From: a virus
DNA: 64,000 bases
Virus record (IMG/VR): IMGVR_UViG_3300030102_006903
Span: 32,001 to 96,000 of that record
Strand: one strand, 5' to 3'
Position 1 is the first letter of the stretch. Each line of letters opens with the position of its first letter. The notes under the pieces were generated by a model. It was not told the DNA's origin, ran no database searches, and saw nothing but the letters and a program-made list of their open reading frames with translations. Shown one piece after another: positions 58,011 to 64,000 of this stretch. The position numbers and the translations under genes were made by a program.

Positions 58011-60026
58011 TTAAAACAAGGTTTTCTTTTTTTCATCCCAAGTTCCTTTTCCTTCCCAATCAAAATTAAAACTAAAGTTTTGTGTATTATTTAAATACTT
58101 TTCTTCCTTGTGTAATTCTTTGATTTCATCTTCAGTTCTACTACCATCTCCCCACTTTGGTTCAGCAAAAACTCGTACCCTTTCAATTACTTGAGATTTT
58201 TTTTGAGAGAAATCTAAAACACTAAAAGGATTTTCTGGTTGAAGATATTTTGCATCTACTTTTGTTTCCCAATCTCCATTATCATTTATTTTAAACCAAA
58301 AGTTTGCCCAATAAGGTGTTTTTACTGAATATCCAAATTCTTTGTAATCTAATTCTTCATCAAATTTAAGATTCATTTCAAACCCACCCTTTACTTTCCA
58401 TAAGAAGTAAAAGAAATAAAATGGTTCCATAATAAGATTTGATTTAAATTTATTTGAACCAAATTTTAACATATTAAGTTTTTTATCAAAATATTTAATT
58501 TTTTTAGATATTTTTTTGTTGTATTTTATATCATACATTTTTTTTAAAAGAGGTCTATCTGGTGTTTGTATGTTTGTAAATTCTTTAACAAATATATCAA
58601 AGAGTTTTGCTCTTGTTAAAATATGTGGTTTACCGAAACTAAAATCATCCTTAATCCAATTTTTATCATATGTGAAATTAGATAAACCAAATCTTTCAAA
58701 GTTTTGTCCAACTATTGTTTCAGCGGTTAATTGATAACCAGGTGTACTTGATATACGATGTATTGTATCTTGAGTATTGTTTATAAAAGTTAATGTTTCT
58801 AAAAAGTTATTTGAGGTTTCAGTTGGAAACGCTTGAATCCAAGTTGTAATTACTTGAATACCTAATTTTTTACAATCTATAAAATTTTCCTCCATCTCAA
58901 CATTAGTAACTCGTTTTTTCATATCATCCAAAACTTTATTACTTGCAGATTCTGCACCAAACTTCAAACCAAAACAACCTGAATCTTTTAATACTTTCAA
59001 GTATTCATAATCCATTCTCTTATCACATCGTGCATACCCAATCCATTTTATTTTTAATCCTCTATCAATAACTCCTTGTGCAAAACCTTTAAGTTCTTTA
59101 AGATTTCCATTTACTAAGGAATCCACGAACCAAATTAAACGAGTGCCTTTATTATACAAATATTCAACTTCATCTAATACTGAAGATGCATTTCTTTGTC
59201 TATAATTCCAAAAATGAGTTTCTGCACAAAATGTACATTTAGCAACACAACCTCTACTTAATTCTGTTAATGCACCATCACCAATTTCGTATTTGTTAAA
59301 ATCAAAATCTTCGTAATTTGGAATTGGAAAATTATTTAGATTTATTCTCTGAGTGATGGGTTGTGTCATAATTTTCATTCCTTTATGAGTTTTCCCTTTT
59401 TCTATTTCATCTAATACATCTAAAATTATAAGTTCTGATTCACCAACAATACCATAATCAAATAAGGGTTTACCATCATCATCACAATATATTAATCCTT
59501 TTTTGATATCATCTTTTCTGAAATGTAAATTAGGTCCTCCGCCAAATATTTTTGTATTAGGTAATTTTTTTCTTAACTCTGATACAAACCATTGTACCGC
59601 ACCTTCATTACAAAAGTACAGAGTAATCCCAATAACTTTTGGATTTATTTTAATAATAATATCAATATATTTTTGAAGGATGGGTTTTACATATTTATGA
59701 AGATATTTTTGATATTCTTCTATCTGCCATTTTTGGTAGTTGTTACCACCATAAGGGTCAAATCCTAATTCTTTATGCCACTTTTTTGATTCTTGGTATG
59801 TTTCTACATTAACATCTAAACAACTACTTTTATATCCTGCTTCATTTACAAGTGCAGATAATCTAGCAATATTATATGGAGGTAATGCTGCAGCCCATTG
59901 AGGGAGCAATACAAAAAGTACATCAGAATTCCTTTCTAACCTTTCAATATTGACATCTGTCAATTTTTTATTAGAGGATTCTGATAGTTTTTTTATTTCT
60001 TCAAAAACTAATAAATCACCACTCAT
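58011..60026 (-). CDS. Cobalamin-binding radical SAM protein
   Basis: PPYNIA.L, GGPN, GESE, SRGCVAKCTFC, FGAESAS..VL..M.K. Confidence 0.88.
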   Translation of the reverse strand: MSGDLLVFEEIKKLSESSNKKLTDVNIERLERNSDVLFVLLPQWAAALPPYNIARLSALVNEAGYKSSCLDVNVETYQESKKWHKELGFDPYGGNNYQKWQIEEYQKYLHKYVKPILQKYIDIIIKINPKVIGITLYFCNEGAVQWFVSELRKKLPNTKIFGGGPNLHFRKDDIKKGLIYCDDDGKPLFDYGIVGESELIILDVLDEIEKGKTHKGMKIMTQPITQRINLNNFPIPNYEDFDFNKYEIGDGALTELSRGCVAKCTFCAETHFWNYRQRNASSVLDEVEYLYNKGTRLIWFVDSLVNGNLKELKGFAQGVIDRGLKIKWIGYARCDKRMDYEYLKVLKDSGCFGLKFGAESASNKVLDDMKKRVTNVEMEENFIDCKKLGIQVITTWIQAFPTETSNNFLETLTFINNTQDTIHRISSTPGYQLTAETIVGQNFERFGLSNFTYDKNWIKDDFSFGKPHILTRAKLFDIFVKEFTNIQTPDRPLLKKMYDIKYNKKISKKIKYFDKKLNMLKFGSNKFKSNLIMEPFYFFYFLWKVKGGFEMNLKFDEELDYKEFGYSVKTPYWANFWFKINDNGDWETKVDAKYLQPENPFSVLDFSQKKSQVIERVRVFAEPKWGDGSRTEDEIKELHKEEKYLNNTQNFSFNFDWEGKGTWDEKKKTLF

Positions 60027-60034
60027 GTATGATT

Positions 60035-60274
60035 TTAAATATTATATTCTCTTTTTATAGTGTAATTGTAAAGTGTTCCGCAATCATCATCTTCATCTAC
60101 AATATTTTCAGTTATTGTTAGATATTGAGGTAGGATTTTTTTCAAACCATCTAAATCAACTGATTTCCAATAACCAAATCTAAGTGTTAGTGCATCGGTA
60201 TCGTATCCGATTTCAAAATCGGATGAACCATACCATTTTTTAATTTCTTTAAATTTTTTATATCCTAATCTCAT
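60035..60274 (-). CDS. Hypothetical protein
   Basis: ORF in the small-gene cluster; LRFGYW, DDDCG. Confidence 0.55.
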   Translation of the reverse strand: MRLGYKKFKEIKKWYGSSDFEIGYDTDALTLRFGYWKSVDLDGLKKILPQYLTITENIVDEDDDCGTLYNYTIKREYNI

Positions 60275-60275
60275 A

Positions 60276-60824
60276 TTATACAAGGTTTAAATTAGATACT
60301 TTTTCAAACTCTTTATCAGTCATATAAGTTTTATTCTGATTTAAAAAGTCATTAGAGTTAACATAGTTATCTTTCAATTCGTTCCATTGATTTAACCAAT
60401 ACTCAGGTGAACCCCATTTTGGTTTGTTTTCAATAAACACATATGATGGGAAATACTTCATTGAAGTTCCTTTATCAGTAGCAGGAGAATCTTCTCTATA
60501 ATTGTAGATATCATACATACCATCGAAAGAACCACCTTGTAGAATAGATTTCCATTCAGATATCTTTTCAAAATCAATAGGATTTACTTGAGAACCATCT
60601 TCGTTACAAACTTCAACTCTTACAGAAGAACCACCACTATAAACATCAGAACCAGCCCATACTTTTAAGTTGGGGAAGTTTTTCTTAACATATTGTTTGA
60701 TTATCGAAGCACACAATTTAGCTCTCATGTGAACATAAGTCTCATTATCATAAGAACATTTTTGAATACTTGTAGAAGGGATTAGGAATTCGTTTCCTTG
60801 AATTGATATTTTTACTTTTTTCAT
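60276..60824 (-). CDS. Early-type protein with an LPD29-like (polyvalent-protein-associated) domain
   Basis: IKQYVKKNFP..KV...S..YSGGSSVRV...GSFDGMYD.Y.Y. Confidence 0.55.
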   Translation of the reverse strand: MKKVKISIQGNEFLIPSTSIQKCSYDNETYVHMRAKLCASIIKQYVKKNFPNLKVWAGSDVYSGGSSVRVEVCNEDGSQVNPIDFEKISEWKSILQGGSFDGMYDIYNYREDSPATDKGTSMKYFPSYVFIENKPKWGSPEYWLNQWNELKDNYVNSNDFLNQNKTYMTDKEFEKVSNLNLV

Positions 60825-60848
60825 ACTTTTAAGGTTTAATTATTAATC

Positions 60849-60890
60849 ATTTACATAGTAAATATACGAAAAAAAGCTGAGAAATCCAAA
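60849..60890 (-). promoter_or_regulatory. Bacteroidota-type promoter with the ATTTAC-N3-GTAAAT palindrome
   Basis: TTTG-N20-TATATTTA; palindrome at 60849-60863. Confidence 0.8.
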
Positions 60891-60911
60891 TTTTTTCGTA
60901 CTTTTTTTTAC

Positions 60912-61232
60912 TTAATATCCAATAAATTTATAGGGAACATCATCTACTAACCCATTCTTTACTGCGTATGGATAATTATCATTTAACCAATAGTTTTGAA
61001 CATCGTTTACATGAGATAGAGTATCATCATATAAATCTTGGATGGCAAATCCATCACCATATCTGATACCTCCACATAAATCCATTAGTTCATTAAGGTT
61101 ATCCCAATTATTTTTATTTTTGTGAATAGATTTGATGATATTGTTTTTCATCATATCTGCTACCTTGTCATTGTAATCGTACATATCCTTTGACCAGGGT
61201 TTTGTTACTTTAGGTTTTATTAATACATTCAT
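60912..61232 (-). CDS. Hypothetical protein
   Basis: 106-aa ORF. Confidence 0.55.
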   Translation of the reverse strand: MNVLIKPKVTKPWSKDMYDYNDKVADMMKNNIIKSIHKNKNNWDNLNELMDLCGGIRYGDGFAIQDLYDDTLSHVNDVQNYWLNDNYPYAVKNGLVDDVPYKFIGY

Positions 61233-61242
61233 ATTTTAAATT

Positions 61243-61701
61243 TTAAAAATTACCAGGTGCTACCTGAAAACAAGAGATACCATTAGCTCTCCACATATCT
61301 ACTACCTTTTGTCTATCATCAAAGACACAAAGGATATCTTTTTTATCTAAATCATTCAACCAATTCTGTTTTAGAACATCATCTGGTGTGAATTTATCTT
61401 TTTTATTATTAGGTCTCATTTGAAGATTATCAAATGGTACATTCCAATATTTTAACCAATTAATAGTAACATCTTTACTATTATCTAATCTACCACTAAA
61501 TATAAAAATTTTGAAACCTTGTTTTTTGAAAGTTTGTGCAGTAGTAATTACTGACATATTAGGTGCATCTAATGCTACATTCTTTGGGTCGAAAAAGAAA
61601 TCCCAATCTATCTTACCACCACCTATATTGATAGCGGCTGCTCTTCTTTGGTCTATATCCGCCAAAGTTCCGTCTAAATCAAAAATTACTATTTTACTCA
61701 T
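61243..61701 (-). CDS. HAD polynucleotide 3'-phosphatase (T4 PseT/PNKP phosphatase domain, stand-alone)
   Basis: FDLDGTLA, SGR, LQMR..D..PD..LK, FDDRQKVVDMWR..G..CFQVA.GNF. Confidence 0.85.
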   Translation of the reverse strand: MSKIVIFDLDGTLADIDQRRAAAINIGGGKIDWDFFFDPKNVALDAPNMSVITTAQTFKKQGFKIFIFSGRLDNSKDVTINWLKYWNVPFDNLQMRPNNKKDKFTPDDVLKQNWLNDLDKKDILCVFDDRQKVVDMWRANGISCFQVAPGNF

Positions 61702-61709
61702 ATATCAAT

Positions 61710-61752
61710 TATTTACATAGTAAATATACGAAAAATAATTGACATTTCCAAA
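61710..61752 (-). promoter_or_regulatory. Bacteroidota-type promoter with the ATTTAC-N3-GTAAAT palindrome
   Basis: TTTG-N20-TATATTTA; palindrome at 61711-61725. Confidence 0.8.
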
Positions 61753-61769
61753 TTTTTTTGGAACTTTTT

Positions 61770-62525
61770 TTAAGAAATTTTAGCTGAACCTACATCGATT
61801 GGTTCTCTCTTCATATGATTTCCTTTAGCAAAGTTTGCTCCTTCTCTGATGTAACCAGTTAAGAATGCTCTTCTAAATCTTTTTGATGTATTTGGTTCAG
61901 AACCATGAACTACATTTGAATGAAGTAATGCAACTTGTCCTTTTCTTAGATATCCATCTATATGTGGAAAGTTGTGGTCCTTTGGTAGTACACAAGGTTT
62001 ACCCCTTTCGTTTCTCCAATTTTTTGGATTTGAACCTGCCCTTTCTTCATCAACTTCAATTGGAAGTTTACCTAATCTATGTGAACCTTCTAAATACCAT
62101 ACTGAACCATTATTAGGGTCGTGATTATCAAATGCAATAGATACATTGATTATTTCGTTAGAATTACATTGTGTATAAAATATATTTTGATGCATATCTC
62201 TACCTAATTGACCTGGTGGTTTAAAGTATGCCCAAGTTTGAACTCCGAATATTTTTCCACCCATCAAAAATTCACATGCTTCAATAACTTTTGGATGTTT
62301 CATTAAACCAGTAAGAACCTTAGATTCTTTATGTGGATACATATATGGGTCATAATCTCCCCATTCACCTTCTGTATCATTCTCTTGTCTTTTTACTCTG
62401 ATTCGTTCTAATTCATCCGCACATGCATCTACTTCACTATCTGTAAGTAGATTTAAAATAGATACTCCTTTGTATCTCCAATCAAATTGTAATTGTTGTT
62501 TTTCTAATTCTGTAAGATAACTCAT
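61770..62525 (-). CDS. PhyH-family Fe(II)/2OG dioxygenase
   Basis: FKPPG, HQN (HxD variant), NG....GSH, VVHGS.PN.S...RR. Confidence 0.82.
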   Translation of the reverse strand: MSYLTELEKQQLQFDWRYKGVSILNLLTDSEVDACADELERIRVKRQENDTEGEWGDYDPYMYPHKESKVLTGLMKHPKVIEACEFLMGGKIFGVQTWAYFKPPGQLGRDMHQNIFYTQCNSNEIINVSIAFDNHDPNNGSVWYLEGSHRLGKLPIEVDEERAGSNPKNWRNERGKPCVLPKDHNFPHIDGYLRKGQVALLHSNVVHGSEPNTSKRFRRAFLTGYIREGANFAKGNHMKREPIDVGSAKIS

Positions 62526-62558
62526 ATAACCTTTATTTAGTTTGTATATTAATATATA

Positions 62559-62945
62559 TTAACTTTTGTAAAATTGTTGTAGATTTGGTAGGTATAATTT
62601 TAAACTTGGTATAAGATGAGATTTATTTTTAATTGCTATATTATTTGATATTGCTACTCCTTTATCGATTTCATTACCTTGTGAATCATATTTTGGAGTT
62701 AAGGAACCAGATATCCTCCATCTTATACTAATTACTTGATATGTTACATTGGTTCTTAATTTTTTGAATGTTAGATTATCTATTTCAAATATAACCGAAC
62801 CTTTATCGTTTGCTCGTTGAGCAAAATATCTTCTAATATAACCAACTTTGTAATCGTTTTCGGTAGGTCTAGGCACAGAGGTTTTAAATTTGATATTAGA
62901 ATCAAAGTTTATTTTTTTTACTCTATTATATCTATTTACACTCAT
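62559..62945 (-). CDS. Hypothetical protein (likely tail/baseplate-associated)
   Basis: PRPTENDY..G.I.RYF...W.ISG; coupled to the upstream gene. Confidence 0.5.
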   Translation of the reverse strand: MSVNRYNRVKKINFDSNIKFKTSVPRPTENDYKVGYIRRYFAQRANDKGSVIFEIDNLTFKKLRTNVTYQVISIRWRISGSLTPKYDSQGNEIDKGVAISNNIAIKNKSHLIPSLKLYLPNLQQFYKS

Positions 62946-64000
62946 TATATTTTATTTGGGTATTCTTCCAAATTTTCATTATTTTTAAAATCTGCTGTTT
63001 CATTTCTAAGTTTACCTCTAACAGTAGTAGTCCAAATACTTTGTTCAATACTATGAGATACTTCAACAATCTGAAATACTTTATCATTATATCTTGGTAA
63101 ATCTGTAATTGAAAAAGTATCTCCAATTTTAAATCCACTAACACCAGGTAATGTAAACTCAAATTCTATTGGAAGAAGAGGGATATTTGCAACACCATTT
63201 TTAGTAAATTCTTTTGCTTCATCAACATTTTTGATTGTTCTTAATATCTGAAAATCTTTCCATGAACTTACTTTTGCCACCACATCTAAAGTTGAGTTAT
63301 TTCCTCTATTTAAATCAAAAAAACCTTGAATTAAATCTAAATTTGCTTTTCTATCTTGTATAGCAGGTACTACATTTGCATTACCTAAGATTAATTCATA
63401 GTTTGAATTTCTTACTTCTTTTATATCATCCTCTTCAACAAAAATATGTTTAATATCTTGACCAACCTCCGAAAGCCAATCACCTGCTATTTCATACCAC
63501 GCTTTGTCTTTTTGTTCTAATTTTTGATTATACTCTTCATCTGAAATAATTCCTTTTTCTTTAGCAGCCTTTTTTTCATTTTCTTCTTTTCTCTCTTGTT
63601 CATCAGCTACTTTTTCATTGAATAAATAAATTTTTTCTGCTACCTCATCTCCTAGTGTAGAAAACAATTTAGAAAAATCTTTTTCTTTTTGTTCTGAATT
63701 AGGGTTTTTTACACCACCACCTTTTTTTCTTTGTCCTACAACTTGACCTTTCATCGATGCAGGAATATCAAATTTAAGTGATGCAGCAGTAAATGGTGAA
63801 TTAATTCCTCTTGATTGAAAACCACAACGACCAAATGTTGGTACATCTTTCTTTTTACCAAAAAATGTCATATCAACAACATGAAGTTCTTCTTGACCAG
63901 GAGTTGGGTTTGCATCTCCTTTACATCCTCTAATATTTTTAGCATACCATTGATAAAATGGGTCTGAATCATTCCCATTTTTATCCTTAGCACCGTTATA
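62945..64000 (-). CDS. Large tail/baseplate-hub-like protein; partial, frame stays open to the right edge
   Basis: No stop in frame from 63871 to 64000; C-terminal LPGVSGFKIGDTF..LP..FQIVEVSHSI...WTTTVRG resembles hub/gpD C-termini. Confidence 0.55.
   Translation of the reverse strand, partial: YNGAKDKNGNDSDPFYQWYAKNIRGCKGDANPTPGQEELHVVDMTFFGKKKDVPTFGRCGFQSRGINSPFTAASLKFDIPASMKGQVVGQRKKGGGVKNPNSEQKEKDFSKLFSTLGDEVAEKIYLFNEKVADEQERKEENEKKAAKEKGIISDEEYNQKLEQKDKAWYEIAGDWLSEVGQDIKHIFVEEDDIKEVRNSNYELILGNANVVPAIQDRKANLDLIQGFFDLNRGNNSTLDVVAKVSSWKDFQILRTIKNVDEAKEFTKNGVANIPLLPIEFEFTLPGVSGFKIGDTFSITDLPRYNDKVFQIVEVSHSIEQSIWTTTVRGKLRNETADFKNNENLEEYPNKI

Noticed and set aside
9582-61752. The recurring AAATATACGAAA...TCCAAAT sequence as a CRISPR repeat or mobile repeat, given the Cas4-like gene
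   Set aside because: The copies are dispersed, degenerate and always just upstream of genes; they match the Bacteroidota promoter consensus
133-63056. Plus-strand ORFs in the track (e.g. 133-372, 1312-1623, 39773-40453) and short nested minus-strand ORFs
   Set aside because: They are antisense or out-of-frame shadows of longer genes with clear motifs, and have no plausible products
1-64000. Stop-codon reassignment as in some Bacteroidota phages
   Set aside because: Core genes are full length in the standard code, and TAA, TGA and TAG all end genes at sensible places (e.g. TAG after the helicase)
1-64000. Cellular (bacterial or archaeal) chromosome; tRNA or rRNA genes
   Set aside because: The single-strand gene layout and T4-like replisome indicate a phage; intergenic gaps are short and AT-rich, with no cloverleaf or rRNA-like sequence seen

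Overview
This 64-kb, AT-rich, gene-dense window has every credible gene on the minus strand. It looks like part of a large T4-related tailed phage that infects Bacteroidota (probably Flavobacteriia). The T4-type replication core is present: PolB, sliding clamp, two clamp-loader subunits, DnaB/gp41 helicase, gp32-like SSB, RecA/UvsX, 5'-3' exonuclease, NrdAB and thioredoxins. Host evidence comes from 14 copies of a Bacteroidota-type promoter (TTTG-N20-TAnnTTTG), a TonB-dependent receptor, an Hc1-type histone-like protein and Bacteroidota-style signal peptides. Layout: 1-2.1 kb secreted proteins; 2.2-19.6 kb a large glycan synthesis/glycosyltransferase cluster; 19.6-48.3 kb replication and nucleotide metabolism; 48.4-64 kb small early-type genes, putative virion proteins, repair and tailoring enzymes. 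The best candidate for an undescribed system is the operon directly upstream of polB. It encodes a divergent, apparently cytosine-specific thymidylate-synthase-fold protein, an AsnB-type amidotransferase, a fold-type II PLP enzyme and an SPPY-type SAM transferase, and is a probable new DNA base hypermodification pathway. Other highlights are a T4 gene 32-like RNA pseudoknot in the SSB leader, a palindromic operator on four promoters, a NEIL1-like glycosylase with a mini-PolA and a 3'-phosphatase, and apparent GATC avoidance. All functional calls come from motif recognition by eye; no searches were run.
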